Source of the DNA: an uncultured Rhizobium sp.
GTDB taxonomy: Bacteria > Bacteroidota > Bacteroidia > NS11-12g > UBA955
DNA: 64,000 nt
NCBI GenBank assembly: GCA_964408945.1
Contig: CAYPBJ010000003.1
Location: 58,623 to 122,622, forward strand
Direction: 5' to 3'
Below are positions 28,635 to 39,141 of this stretch, piece after piece. The notes beneath the pieces are model-generated. The model searched no databases. It worked only from the letters and a program-made list of their open reading frames with translations, and had not been told where the DNA came from. Numbering within the stretch: the first letter of the stretch is position 1; each line of letters starts with the position of its first letter. A program made the translations under genes and the position numbers.

Positions 28635-30680
28635 TTAGTGTTTAACCACCAATTTGGTATTCAATGTTGAAGTAGCAGATTTAACGCTAACCATATACAT
28701 ACCTTCGCTCCAATCAGAAGTATTTACTTGCAATGAACCGTTATTCATGGTGGTGCTCATAACTACTTGTCCTTGGATATTGGTAATTACCACTTCGGAA
28801 GAAACATTGGCTAAATCAGATGCTTTGATTTCAAATGCATCGTTTGAAGGATTAGGATATACTAAAACTCCGCTTTCAACACTTTCAACAGATGCCAATG
28901 CAATTGCAAAAGTCTGAGATTGAAGTACTTCTTTAGTTACTGCGTCTTGTACGAAAACTACCACGTGCATATCATCCCAAGTTTCAACACTATTCTCAGA
29001 ATTATGATTGATGTGTTGTGCTGTAGAACCATCTAAAGGCAAGCGGTAATTCCCTTGGAAAGTAAAACTTAACTTCTGATTTACAGGTGTACCGCGAGTC
29101 AATCCAGTTAAACCAAAACCTGTACTGTTTGGCATCATTTTTTTCATTACATCTTCAAATTCCTTTTCACCGTTTGTCTTTTTATTAGCATAAGTCATAC
29201 CCTCAGTTATAACTGCAAACAGTTTTAAATTAGAAGAGGTGTAGTCTACCAAAGGATTCAGGGTTATATCAGCGGTAATGGTATTTTTCCAAGTATTAGT
29301 TGCTGTACCAGAAATTTCTAAGAACGCAGGCTTAGCAGCAAAGCCATCGTACAACGCAGTGCTATATGAACCAGCATTTCCGTCCCATCCACCATCAACT
29401 TCCATGCGAGGAACTGAATTTACACCATAAAAAGCTACACGGTTTCTAACTTCTTGTGTGCAATATGGATCACCTGTACCAGGCCAGTTAACTTGATATT
29501 TAATTGTTGAATGGTTTGATTTACCAGCGATTACATTGTTAAAGTTGATATTACCTGCTGTGCATGGACCGCATGTGGATGATGTAAATACTTCATGCAA
29601 AATTTTACGCTGAGCCACTTTATCAACAACAGTAACAGTCTTTGAAATAGAATTTGTACCCAATGCATCTGCTGAACCGTTTACCTCAATTACACGAGCA
29701 ACTACGGTGTATTTACCTAAGTTAGCAGGATTCCATTTGGTATTAAAGGTCATTGTTTTAGTTGCACAAGCCGCGATATTTAGTCCAGTAAAATCCTCAA
29801 CTACTTCAGTTCCACCGTCTACAGCGTAACCTAATTTCATTGAAGTGATAGCTTTTCCTCCCAAATTCTTTACATCAAAATTCAAAGAAAATGGTGCTCC
29901 ACTAATCAACATATATTCGTCTAGTGCTAAACTTACTGCATCAGCATTATTGTCTGCTAAAGTGCCTGGTGCTATTGTGTAGTATACGTTATCCACTGAA
30001 GCAGGATCATTTCCAGACTTCATTTCATAGTTAGACATACCATTTCCGCTTGTTGCATCAATTTGATAACCAACGGTCAATTTGGTTGTTCCACTGCACT
30101 GTGCACTACCTGTAGAACAATACCAACGTTGATCTACCAGATAAATATTATTGGTTCCTTCTTCAAGTACTACGCTAAAATAAACCCAACCACTTTGAAT
30201 GTTGGCTTCAGTAGCTGATGTAAACTGAATAAAGTGCTGACGTTTTCCGTTAGTGCCGAAAGTTTTAGTCAAAATATAATCGCTCGCAGTTTTTATTTCA
30301 GCTCCCCATACAACCACTGATTTATCAGGAATTGAAGCTGATGGCAAACTTGAAGGCGTAGCACTTGGAGCTGCTGCAGTAGATGCAACATCAAATGTTA
30401 TAATACCCGTGCTAGAAACCTTATATTGAGTAACTGCTTCACCATTAAAATAAAACGTGAACGGAATCGTCTGATTTCCAGTCCATGCGTTTGTTTGTGG
30501 TCCAGTCAAAAGGGTTGTCCAACCTGTAGCTCCACCCCCAGCCGGTGGGTACTCAGGATCTACATTCAATCCGCCTGGATTGCCAGTACCAGTGCAGGGA
30601 ACCATATGATAACCTGTAACCTGGGCGTTTAGCGACAATAAACCAAATGCCGCTACAAAACTTAGTATTATTTTTTTCAT
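28635..30680 (-). CDS. T9SS C-terminal-sorting-domain secreted protein with a thioredoxin-like CGPC segment
   Basis: Signal peptide MKKIILSFVAAFGLLSLNAQ. A type-A T9SS CTD at the C-terminus (…VYPNPSNDAFEIK…GMYMVSVKS…KLVVKH). An internal VFTSSTCGPCTAG … VNSVPRMEVDG segment resembles a thioredoxin CxxC plus cis-Pro loop. Confidence 0.75.
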   Translation of the reverse strand: MKKIILSFVAAFGLLSLNAQVTGYHMVPCTGTGNPGGLNVDPEYPPAGGGATGWTTLLTGPQTNAWTGNQTIPFTFYFNGEAVTQYKVSSTGIITFDVASTAAAPSATPSSLPSASIPDKSVVVWGAEIKTASDYILTKTFGTNGKRQHFIQFTSATEANIQSGWVYFSVVLEEGTNNIYLVDQRWYCSTGSAQCSGTTKLTVGYQIDATSGNGMSNYEMKSGNDPASVDNVYYTIAPGTLADNNADAVSLALDEYMLISGAPFSLNFDVKNLGGKAITSMKLGYAVDGGTEVVEDFTGLNIAACATKTMTFNTKWNPANLGKYTVVARVIEVNGSADALGTNSISKTVTVVDKVAQRKILHEVFTSSTCGPCTAGNINFNNVIAGKSNHSTIKYQVNWPGTGDPYCTQEVRNRVAFYGVNSVPRMEVDGGWDGNAGSYSTALYDGFAAKPAFLEISGTATNTWKNTITADITLNPLVDYTSSNLKLFAVITEGMTYANKKTNGEKEFEDVMKKMMPNSTGFGLTGLTRGTPVNQKLSFTFQGNYRLPLDGSTAQHINHNSENSVETWDDMHVVVFVQDAVTKEVLQSQTFAIALASVESVESGVLVYPNPSNDAFEIKASDLANVSSEVVITNIQGQVVMSTTMNNGSLQVNTSDWSEGMYMVSVKSATSTLNTKLVVKH

Positions 30681-31684
30681 ATCTCAGTAACTGCCTCAAA
30701 TGTAGGAGAATTAAATAATAACTCCAACTCATTAAAGATTTCTTCTATTTCAAGAACATCCATGCTAGAAACTAAACGCATTCGAAATTCTTTAAAATGG
30801 GGAATGCCTTTGAAATAATTCGCATAATGCCTTCGCATCTCAACCATCCCCACAATAGGCCCTTTCCATTCCAACGACTTGATAAAATGTGTTTTACAGG
30901 CTTCTAGTCGTTCCATCAACGTGGGTCCAGCCAAGGCCTGTCCCGTTTTCACAAAATGTTTAATTTCTCTGAATACCCAAGGATTACCAATACTTGCTCT
31001 TCCAATCATTACGCCATCAACGCCGTATCTATTTTTAAATTCCCACGCCTTTTCTGGGGTATCTATGTCGCCATTTCCAAAAATGGGAATGTGCATTCTT
31101 GGATTGTTTTTCACTTCACCTATTAAAGTCCAATCTGCATTGCCCTTATATAGTTGAACACGAGTTCTACCATGAATACTGAGTGCCTTGATTCCTACAT
31201 CTTGCAAACGCTCTGCAACATCCACTATATTTTTAGTTTGATCATCCCAACCCAATCTTGTTTTAACTGTTACTGGAAGGTGCGTCGCCTCAACAATTGC
31301 CTTTGTCATGGCAACCATTTTCTTCGGGTTGGTCAATATGGCAGCTCCGCCTCCTTTGCAAACTACTTTTTTTACAGGACAACCATAGTTTATGTCAATT
31401 AAATCAGGATTTACCCTCGATGCAATTTTGGTAGCTTCTACCATTGAATCTATCTCGCCACCAAAAATTTGAATACCTACTGGGCGCTCATATTCAAAAA
31501 TATCCAATTTTTGTGTGCTCTTTGCCGCGTCTCTGATTAAACCCTCAGAACTGATAAACTCAGTGTACATAAGGTCTGCGCCGTGTTGTTTACAAACATA
31601 ACGGAAAGGCGGATCGCTCACGTCTTCCATCGGAGCTAACAACAAGGGAAATTCCCCCAACGAGATATCACCAATTTTTACCAC
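30677..31684 (-). CDS. dusB: tRNA-dihydrouridine synthase
   Basis: LAPMEDVSDPPFR…, FMN-binding TIM barrel, catalytic Cys in DINYGCP. Confidence 0.88.
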   Translation of the reverse strand: MVKIGDISLGEFPLLLAPMEDVSDPPFRYVCKQHGADLMYTEFISSEGLIRDAAKSTQKLDIFEYERPVGIQIFGGEIDSMVEATKIASRVNPDLIDINYGCPVKKVVCKGGGAAILTNPKKMVAMTKAIVEATHLPVTVKTRLGWDDQTKNIVDVAERLQDVGIKALSIHGRTRVQLYKGNADWTLIGEVKNNPRMHIPIFGNGDIDTPEKAWEFKNRYGVDGVMIGRASIGNPWVFREIKHFVKTGQALAGPTLMERLEACKTHFIKSLEWKGPIVGMVEMRRHYANYFKGIPHFKEFRMRLVSSMDVLEIEEIFNELELLFNSPTFEAVTEI

Positions 31685-31720
31685 TTTTGCAGTGCAATTT
31701 AAACAGCGAATTTACAACAG

Positions 31721-32638
31721 ATGAACGCCATTTCACACAATGATTCTCAAAAGCCCCTCATGAACCTCTGGGGGCTTGCACTTTTACTCATCCTGATTTT
31801 AGCGTTCCAATTGGTGGGATATTTCATCTCATTATACGCACTATCAGCCGCATTTAGTATTGATATTGAAGAAGTTAAGTACTTAATGAACGCCCCCGAT
31901 GGCTCAGCATTGGGCATAAATATTGGTCGTTTTTCAAACCTCATCCAATTTGTGATTTATATGGGCATTCCTGCGCTGATTTTCACCGGTGCCAACAGAG
32001 TGGGATTTTCTTTTTTCGGGGGATATTCTAAGCGTTTGCAATTTCCCAAAATACTGTGGTCCATTCTGCTTGCACTTTCAGCACTGCCAGTTGTAGCAGT
32101 TTTAACCAAACTAAGTCACCAAATACCTTTACCAGATTCCATAAAAAACATGGCCGACAGTTTAACTTCAAGCAGAGAAATGCTCTTTGAAAACATGCTT
32201 GAAATGCAACGTTGGGATGAACTTCTATTTTGCATTTTTCTAGCAGCTTTTTTACCAGCACTTTTGGAAGAATATCTGTTTAGAGGAATTGTTTTAAACA
32301 TTGCATTAAGTCAATACGCAAAACCAGTTACAGCTATCATCTTCCAAGCTATTTTCTTTTCATTGATGCACCTTTCTTTGTATGAATTTGCCGGGATTGC
32401 CCTCATTGGAGCCCTTTTCGGATTCATTACCTATCGGAACCAATCTGTTTGGTATAGTTCCATCGCACATTTCATTTTTAATGCTACTACCGTTTCCCTT
32501 TATTTTCTGATTCTTCGAGAATTTGAACACAGTGGAATTAAATACAATGTAGACCAACTGCTTGCAAGCGCAACCCTTGCCATTCCAGCTTCAATTTTAT
32601 TGGGACTTTCAGTTTATAATCTTTCAAGAAAATCATGA
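31721..32638 (+). CDS. CPBP-family intramembrane metalloprotease (CAAX protease/Abi)
   Basis: EEYLFRG motif, FSLMH motif, multi-TM. Confidence 0.78.
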   Translation: MNAISHNDSQKPLMNLWGLALLLILILAFQLVGYFISLYALSAAFSIDIEEVKYLMNAPDGSALGINIGRFSNLIQFVIYMGIPALIFTGANRVGFSFFGGYSKRLQFPKILWSILLALSALPVVAVLTKLSHQIPLPDSIKNMADSLTSSREMLFENMLEMQRWDELLFCIFLAAFLPALLEEYLFRGIVLNIALSQYAKPVTAIIFQAIFFSLMHLSLYEFAGIALIGALFGFITYRNQSVWYSSIAHFIFNATTVSLYFLILREFEHSGIKYNVDQLLASATLAIPASILLGLSVYNLSRKS

Positions 32639-33480
32639 GTAACTTCTGGACCAGAATCATGAGCGGCACCGGACTAATCGCCGCAACCATCACCTTATTT
32701 TATTTAGGAAGTTGGGGACTCCTTGTATTCTCCATTTTAGTTACATTAGGAGGAAACTATGAATGGTTTAAACTTCGAAAAATGCGTTTCAAATGGGGTT
32801 GGAAAGTCTCAGCATTGAATTCATTCATTACGCTATTATTGGTCCATTTAGGTGAATTCAATTGGGCAATCTATCCTTCGATTGGGGTATTGTTATATTC
32901 AATTTACTTAGCCAAAGACCATTACAGATCTGCAATAAGCCTTTTTGGAGCGCAGTTGTACCTCACCTTACCGCTTTCACTTTTTCTAACCCTGCCCTAT
33001 TGTAACTTCAACTTTAGCTTGAACAATGCAGATGAAGTTTTTAACTTTTTGATTCCTACTACACTGATGGTGTTGGTATGGTCTTCTGATTCGTGGGCCT
33101 ATGTTTCAGGTAAACTTTTTGGAAAAAACAAACTCGCTCCCAGCATTTCACCAGGAAAAACTTGGGAAGGTCTTATTGGTGGAACCCTTCTGACAGGTGC
33201 CACTGCATTCCTCATTCAAAAATACTTTTTGCACCCCCAAGGTGGATATGTAACTGATGGGTCTTGTCATCTATTTTCAGACCCATTAAAAGCCATAATT
33301 ATAGGCATCTTGGTTTCTGTCTTTGGTACACTCGGAGACCTGTTCGAAAGCTCTCTAAAACGAAAAGCCCACGTGAAAGACAGTGGTAATGTCATCCCAG
33401 GTCATGGGGGTGTTTTAGATCGTTACGACGCATTTTTATTTGCAATCGTCGTTTTTACCATAGTTTACCGCTACTTATAA
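32635..33480 (+). CDS. cdsA: phosphatidate cytidylyltransferase
   Basis: C-terminal CTP_transf_1 signature SxLKRxxxxKDxGxxxPGHGGxxDRxD (SSLKRKAHVKDSGNVIPGHGGVLDRYD). Confidence 0.9.
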   Translation: MSNFWTRIMSGTGLIAATITLFYLGSWGLLVFSILVTLGGNYEWFKLRKMRFKWGWKVSALNSFITLLLVHLGEFNWAIYPSIGVLLYSIYLAKDHYRSAISLFGAQLYLTLPLSLFLTLPYCNFNFSLNNADEVFNFLIPTTLMVLVWSSDSWAYVSGKLFGKNKLAPSISPGKTWEGLIGGTLLTGATAFLIQKYFLHPQGGYVTDGSCHLFSDPLKAIIIGILVSVFGTLGDLFESSLKRKAHVKDSGNVIPGHGGVLDRYDAFLFAIVVFTIVYRYL

Positions 33481-33520
33481 TAGATTCTTGGCTGTTTTTT
33501 TGGTAAATTCGCAAGAATTT

Positions 33521-36235
33521 ATGAGCCAGCATAACACCTCTTACTTACAGAATGCCGACCCCGCTGCAATTGAGTCCATGTACCAACAGTACCAAAGTGA
33601 CAAAGAAAGCGTAGATTTTGGATGGCGAAAGTTTTTTGAAGGATTTGACCTTGGAGCCCAAAAATATGAGTCGGGCGAAGTAGTTAGTGAAGATGCTGTC
33701 AAAGAAATTCAAGTGTTAAACTTGATTCACGGTTATCGCCAGCGCGGACATTTATTCAGTCAAACCAATCCCATCCGTCAACGACGAAATTACACCCCTA
33801 ATTTAGATTTAGAAAACTTCGGATTGGAACAATCTGACCTAGAAAAATCATTCAATGCTGGTATTGAAATTGGATTAGGACAAGCTAAACTGAAAGATAT
33901 TATTGCTAAACTCCAGAAAACTTATTGCAGCAGCATAGGTTGCGAGTTCTCTTATATTCGTGACCCAAAACGCAGAGGATGGTTGCAAGAACGTTTTGAA
34001 CAAACCCAAAATGTGCCCAATTTGACCACTGACGAGAAACGTCACTTCTTGAATAAAATCAATCAAGCAACCGTATTTGAAAATTTCCTACATAAGAAAT
34101 ACATCGGTCAAAAGCGTTTCTCTTTAGAAGGACTTGAGGCTTTGATCCCTGCACTTGACGCTGTTATTCAATACGGTTCTGGTTTGGGGGTTGACGAATT
34201 TGTCATTGGAATGGCTCATCGCGGTCGCTTAAATGTACTTGCCAATATTTTCAATAAAACATATTCTCAAATTTTTTCGGAATTTGAAGGAAAAGTATTC
34301 CAAGGCGGCGACTTCGACGATTTCGAAGGCGATGTAAAATACCATCTTGGTTACAGTGTTGACGTTGATACAGCCGCTGGAAAAAAAGTTCATTTGCGTT
34401 TGGCTGACAATCCTTCGCACCTAGAAGCTGTTAATCCCGTAGTAAAAGGTTTAGTTAGAGCTAAACTTGACAGCAAATACAATAACAACGTTGACAAGAT
34501 TTGCCCCATTCTTATTCATGGTGACGCCGCTATTGCAGGACAAGGAATCATGTATGAAATCGTTCAAATGAGTGGCCTTGAAGGGTATTATGTAGGTGGA
34601 ACAATGCATATTGTCACCAACAACCAAATTGGATTTACCACGAACTATCTAGATGCTAGAACATCTACTTATTGCACCGATGTTGCTAAAGTTACTTTGT
34701 GTCCAGTATTACACGTAAATGCCGATGACTTAGAAGCAGTTGTGCACGCCGTTAAATTAGCGATGGCTTACCGCAACGAATTCAATTCAGACGTTTTCAT
34801 TGATTTATTGGGATATAGAAAATACGGACATAACGAAGGCGATGAACCCCGTTTCACTCAGCCCGAAATGTACAAACTGATTGATAAACACCCCAACCCT
34901 AGAGAAATCTACAAGCAACAATTGTTGCAAAGAGGTGAAATTGATGCAGAATTGGCCCGCGAAATGGAAACCCAGTTCCAAGCACTTCTTCAAGAGAAGT
35001 TCGAAGAAGCCAAAGGCGAATTCAAACCCACTCCATCCGCGGTTAAAAACACATGGGAAGGCTGGAAACATGCCGGTCCTAAAGAAATTCAAATCCCCGC
35101 AAACACCAAAGTATCCCTAGAAAAAATCAAAGCCATTGGCAATAAAATCACTCAAATACCAGAAAATAACCTACCCATAAAAAAGGTACAATCTCTTTTT
35201 GCTGACCGTAAAAAAATGATTGAAACAGGTACAATTGACTGGGCTATGGGCGAACTTTTGGCTTATGCAACTTTGCTAGAAGAAGGACATCCCGTTCGTT
35301 TAGTTGGTCAAGACGTAGAACGTGGAACTTTTTCGCACCGCCATGCTGTAGTTAAACAAGAAGTGGGTGAACAAGAATACATCCCCGTAAATAACATCAG
35401 CGAAAATCAAGCAAAATTCTCCATCTACAACTCATTGTTAAGTGAATATGCGGCACTTGGCTTTGAATACGGTTACAGTACCTCTACTCCTAATGGTTTG
35501 ACCTTATGGGAAGCTCAATTTGGAGACTTCTCAAACGGTGCTCAAATCATGATTGACCAATTCATTGCATCTGCCGAAGCCAAATGGAGTAAGTTCTCCG
35601 GACTTACCATGTTGCTGCCCCACGGCTATGAAGGACAAGGACCTGAGCACAGCAGTGCTCGTCCCGAAAGATATTTACAACTTTGCGCAGGAACGAATAT
35701 GCAAGTTTTGAATTGCACCACTCCGGCAAACTTGTTCCACGCATTGAGAAGACAGTTAAAACGTGAATTTACCATGCCGTTGATCATCATGACTCCAAAA
35801 TCATTGTTGAGACACCCCAAATGCGTAAGCGAATTAACTGATTTAAGTGAAGGGCAATTCCAAGAGCTCATTGACGATGCAAACGTGGGTAAAAAAGTTC
35901 GGAAAGTGTTGTTCTGCTCTGGTAAAATCTACTATGATCTTCTCGCAGAAAAAGAATCTAAAAACCATCAAGACGTAGCCATTGTGCGCATTGAACAATT
36001 GTATCCTCTACCAGAATGGCAATTAGAAGGTATTTTTAATAAATACAAAGATGCTGAATTCCTTTGGGTACAAGAAGAACCTAAAAACCAAGGCGCGTGG
36101 TTGCATTTGCACCGTTACGACTTCCCTGTTAGCCTAAAATATGTGGGTAGAAAAAGCAGTGCAAGTCCATCAACCGGCTTCAAAAAAGTACACGATGCCG
36201 AACAAGCCGACATCGTGTCAAAAGCATTCAGTTAA
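33521..36235 (+). CDS. sucA: 2-oxoglutarate dehydrogenase E1 component
   Basis: About 905 aa with a ThDP-binding fold (GMAHRGRLNVL…, HGDAAIAGQG). The ATG at 33521 is preferred over the upstream TTG. Confidence 0.92.
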   Translation: MSQHNTSYLQNADPAAIESMYQQYQSDKESVDFGWRKFFEGFDLGAQKYESGEVVSEDAVKEIQVLNLIHGYRQRGHLFSQTNPIRQRRNYTPNLDLENFGLEQSDLEKSFNAGIEIGLGQAKLKDIIAKLQKTYCSSIGCEFSYIRDPKRRGWLQERFEQTQNVPNLTTDEKRHFLNKINQATVFENFLHKKYIGQKRFSLEGLEALIPALDAVIQYGSGLGVDEFVIGMAHRGRLNVLANIFNKTYSQIFSEFEGKVFQGGDFDDFEGDVKYHLGYSVDVDTAAGKKVHLRLADNPSHLEAVNPVVKGLVRAKLDSKYNNNVDKICPILIHGDAAIAGQGIMYEIVQMSGLEGYYVGGTMHIVTNNQIGFTTNYLDARTSTYCTDVAKVTLCPVLHVNADDLEAVVHAVKLAMAYRNEFNSDVFIDLLGYRKYGHNEGDEPRFTQPEMYKLIDKHPNPREIYKQQLLQRGEIDAELAREMETQFQALLQEKFEEAKGEFKPTPSAVKNTWEGWKHAGPKEIQIPANTKVSLEKIKAIGNKITQIPENNLPIKKVQSLFADRKKMIETGTIDWAMGELLAYATLLEEGHPVRLVGQDVERGTFSHRHAVVKQEVGEQEYIPVNNISENQAKFSIYNSLLSEYAALGFEYGYSTSTPNGLTLWEAQFGDFSNGAQIMIDQFIASAEAKWSKFSGLTMLLPHGYEGQGPEHSSARPERYLQLCAGTNMQVLNCTTPANLFHALRRQLKREFTMPLIIMTPKSLLRHPKCVSELTDLSEGQFQELIDDANVGKKVRKVLFCSGKIYYDLLAEKESKNHQDVAIVRIEQLYPLPEWQLEGIFNKYKDAEFLWVQEEPKNQGAWLHLHRYDFPVSLKYVGRKSSASPSTGFKKVHDAEQADIVSKAFS

Positions 36236-36239
36236 AAAA

Positions 36240-37664
36240 TTATAAGCGTTCAAACAACGCTACATTCTCAACATGGTGGGTATGCGGAAACATATCCACC
36301 GGTTGAATCTTTACCAATTTGTATTTTTCTGACAACAATTTTGCATCTCGAGCCTGTGTTGCTGGGTTGCAGCTAACATACACAATTCTTTGGGGCTCAG
36401 ATTCCAAAATTCGATTCACAACGTCAGGATGCATTCCTTCCCTTGGAGGGTCTGTGATGATGACATCGGGTTTTCCATGGTGAGAAATAAAATCTGAGGT
36501 CAAAATATCTTTCATGTCCCCCGCAAAAAACTCGCAATTCTCTACTGAGTTCCACTGTGAATTTACTTTTGCATCCTCAATTGCTGCATCGACGTATTCA
36601 ATACCCACCACTTTCTTTGCCTTATCTGATACATAAATTGCAATACTGCCGGTTCCAGTATACAAATCATATACTAGCTCAGATCCTGTTAAATTCGCAA
36701 AATCCCTAGTAATATCATACAAAACCTTGGCTTGAGTGCTATTGGTTTGAAAGAAACTCAATGGCTGTATTTTGTATTTTTTATCGCCCAAAGTTTCAGT
36801 CAAATAGGCATCGCCTGCAAAATAATCAACCTCTGTACCTTGCAAGGAATCATTCATTTTGGTATTCACCACATAAACCAATGAAACCACTTTATTTTCT
36901 CCCAGCTGAGAATCCATAAAGGTAGACTTCAAATGGTTCATTACAGCTGAAATAGCTTCTTCGTCTCTGTAATAAAACGAAACCAACACCATCCATTCGT
37001 TCTTGCTGTTGCACCTAAACATGGCGGTGCGCATCAAACCTTCGTGCAGTTGGATATCGTGAAATGAATACCCTTTTGAAACACAAAAATCTTTCAGAGA
37101 CCTTTGGATTTGATTAACAAAATCGGGCATCAAATGACATTTTTCAATATCCAATATCTTGCTGAACTGCCCCGGAATATGAAATCCCAATGCGGGTGGT
37201 TTCTCTGAGGGATTCTCTTTATCAAAGTTCGGTACCCAAGACTTTTCACTAAAAGTCAACTCTAACTTGTTTCTATAGCTCGTCGTGTGCTCGCAACCGG
37301 CAATGGGCATCACTTCAAATTCCTCTATTCCACCCAATCGCTGCATAGAGTCAATGACTTGCTGCTGTTTAAACGCTAATTGATCAGCATATGAGAGGTG
37401 TTGCCATTTACAGCCGCCACAGAGGGTGAAATATTCACAAAACGGTTCAATTCTAGAAGTTGATTTTTCATGAAAACGAACAATTTGTCCTTCCATGAAC
37501 TTCTTTTTCTTCTGCACTACACGCACGTCAACCACATCACCTGGGGCCGCATACTTTACAAAAACTACCTGATTGTCAACCCTACCAATGCTATGACCTT
37601 CTGCACCTGCCGAGGTAATTTCCAACTTCTCTATGAACTTGGCTAATTTCTGTCTTCTTGCCAC
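36240..37664 (-). CDS. rlmD: 23S rRNA (uracil-C5)-methyltransferase RlmD/RumA family
   Basis: N-terminal TRAM domain, a 4-Cys Fe-S motif (C…CGGC…C), and a C-terminal SAM-dependent methyltransferase fold with DPPREG. Confidence 0.85.
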   Translation of the reverse strand: MARRQKLAKFIEKLEITSAGAEGHSIGRVDNQVVFVKYAAPGDVVDVRVVQKKKKFMEGQIVRFHEKSTSRIEPFCEYFTLCGGCKWQHLSYADQLAFKQQQVIDSMQRLGGIEEFEVMPIAGCEHTTSYRNKLELTFSEKSWVPNFDKENPSEKPPALGFHIPGQFSKILDIEKCHLMPDFVNQIQRSLKDFCVSKGYSFHDIQLHEGLMRTAMFRCNSKNEWMVLVSFYYRDEEAISAVMNHLKSTFMDSQLGENKVVSLVYVVNTKMNDSLQGTEVDYFAGDAYLTETLGDKKYKIQPLSFFQTNSTQAKVLYDITRDFANLTGSELVYDLYTGTGSIAIYVSDKAKKVVGIEYVDAAIEDAKVNSQWNSVENCEFFAGDMKDILTSDFISHHGKPDVIITDPPREGMHPDVVNRILESEPQRIVYVSCNPATQARDAKLLSEKYKLVKIQPVDMFPHTHHVENVALFERL

Positions 37665-37669
37665 TGATT

Positions 37670-38248
37670 TTAGGATTTCTTCTCTCTAGCCAATCCCAAA
37701 AGTTGCAAAAAGTCTGCCGGTGGCAAAAATCCTGGCTGAACATATCTTGCCTCATCTTTACCAACATTGGGCCAAAATATGGTTGCGGGAAACCCAGTAA
37801 CTTGGCCGTTACCTAAATACTGCAACAATTCAGGAGCTTGCATCTTCTTATTTGCAAATACGAAATCTTTTGCAATTTCAGGATTGAATTTCACGCACAC
37901 AAAATAGGTGTTCAATTCTTTGATTACCCCTGGATCTGTGTACGTTTTTTTATCCATCACCTTGCACCAACCGCACCAATCAGTATAGGCATCAACCAAA
38001 AGAATCTTTCCTTCCTTCACTGACTTTGCATAACCTTCTTCAAAACCATACCATTTCAATTCGGTACTTACGGGTTCATCAATGGTGTTTGTTGTTTCGA
38101 GGGATGTATTCATCGCTACTGCCTCTGTAGAAGTTTGCTCTACAGTCACTGTTGAATCTTCATTCGTTTGCTTGCTGCTCGAATTTGAACAAGCCAAAAT
38201 TGCAACCGCTAATACCACAACGCCTGCAATGAAACTATACTTTTTCAT
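37670..38248 (-). CDS. thioredoxin-fold lipoprotein (WCGWC motif)
   Basis: Lipobox …ILACSN; CxxC motif within DAYTDWCGWCKVMD. Confidence 0.7.
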   Translation of the reverse strand: MKKYSFIAGVVVLAVAILACSNSSSKQTNEDSTVTVEQTSTEAVAMNTSLETTNTIDEPVSTELKWYGFEEGYAKSVKEGKILLVDAYTDWCGWCKVMDKKTYTDPGVIKELNTYFVCVKFNPEIAKDFVFANKKMQAPELLQYLGNGQVTGFPATIFWPNVGKDEARYVQPGFLPPADFLQLLGLAREKKS

Positions 38249-38261
38249 AATTACTTTATAA

Positions 38262-39134
38262 CTACAAATTACGTGCCTTTATTTTAGTCTTGAAACTGAT
38301 ATCTAACGCACTCACACTGTGTGTCAATGCACCCACACTGATGAATTGCACTCCAGTTAGGGCATATTCTCTGATTGAATCTCTCGTAATTCCGCCAGAT
38401 GCTTCGGTTTCGGCTCTTTTATCAACCAATTTTACAGCTTCCCTGCACAGCTCAATGCTGAAATTATCAAACATAATTCTATCCACTTTATTGACTAAGG
38501 CCTCATTTACCTCGTCTAAATTTCGGGTTTCAACCTCAATTTTTAAACCTAGATTCTGTTCTAACAAAAATTTACGGGTCTTCTCTACTGCAGCAGTAAT
38601 TCCACCTGCCGAATCTACGTGGTTATCTTTCAACATAACCATATCGTATAGACCAATCCTGTGATTTTGTGCTCCCCCTAAGGAAACTGCCCATTTTTCT
38701 AACATCCGTAAACCAGGTGTGGTTTTTCGGGTATCGAGCAGAGTGACTCCCGTGTCTTTAACAAAATCTACCAAGTGTCGAGTTTGAGTTGCAACCCCAG
38801 ATAATCTTTGAAGTACATTGAGCATCAACCTTTCAGCTTTTAACAAAGAACGTACATTGCCCTCGGCTTTTGCCAAAATGGTTCCTTTCTCTAAAAATTC
38901 ACCATCTTTTACAAGCAATTTAAAATGAATATCCGAATCTACCTTTTTCAAAAAAACTTCCGCCCATTCGAGACCGGCAATTACACCATTCTCTTTTAAT
39001 ATGAGCTGAGAAGTACCTATTGCATCAGCGTCAATGCTTCCTAAGGATGAATAATCACCCGGACCTACATCCTCAGAAAGCCATAAATCCATCGCATTGG
39101 TGAATTCGGCTGAGTGAAAATCCAATTTTAACAT
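38262..39134 (-). CDS. nadC: nicotinate-nucleotide pyrophosphorylase (carboxylating), i.e. quinolinate phosphoribosyltransferase
   Basis: QPRTase type II fold; …MLKDNH… and …EASGGIT…. Confidence 0.88.
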   Translation of the reverse strand: MLKLDFHSAEFTNAMDLWLSEDVGPGDYSSLGSIDADAIGTSQLILKENGVIAGLEWAEVFLKKVDSDIHFKLLVKDGEFLEKGTILAKAEGNVRSLLKAERLMLNVLQRLSGVATQTRHLVDFVKDTGVTLLDTRKTTPGLRMLEKWAVSLGGAQNHRIGLYDMVMLKDNHVDSAGGITAAVEKTRKFLLEQNLGLKIEVETRNLDEVNEALVNKVDRIMFDNFSIELCREAVKLVDKRAETEASGGITRDSIREYALTGVQFISVGALTHSVSALDISFKTKIKARNL

Positions 39135-39141
39135 CGAAATA

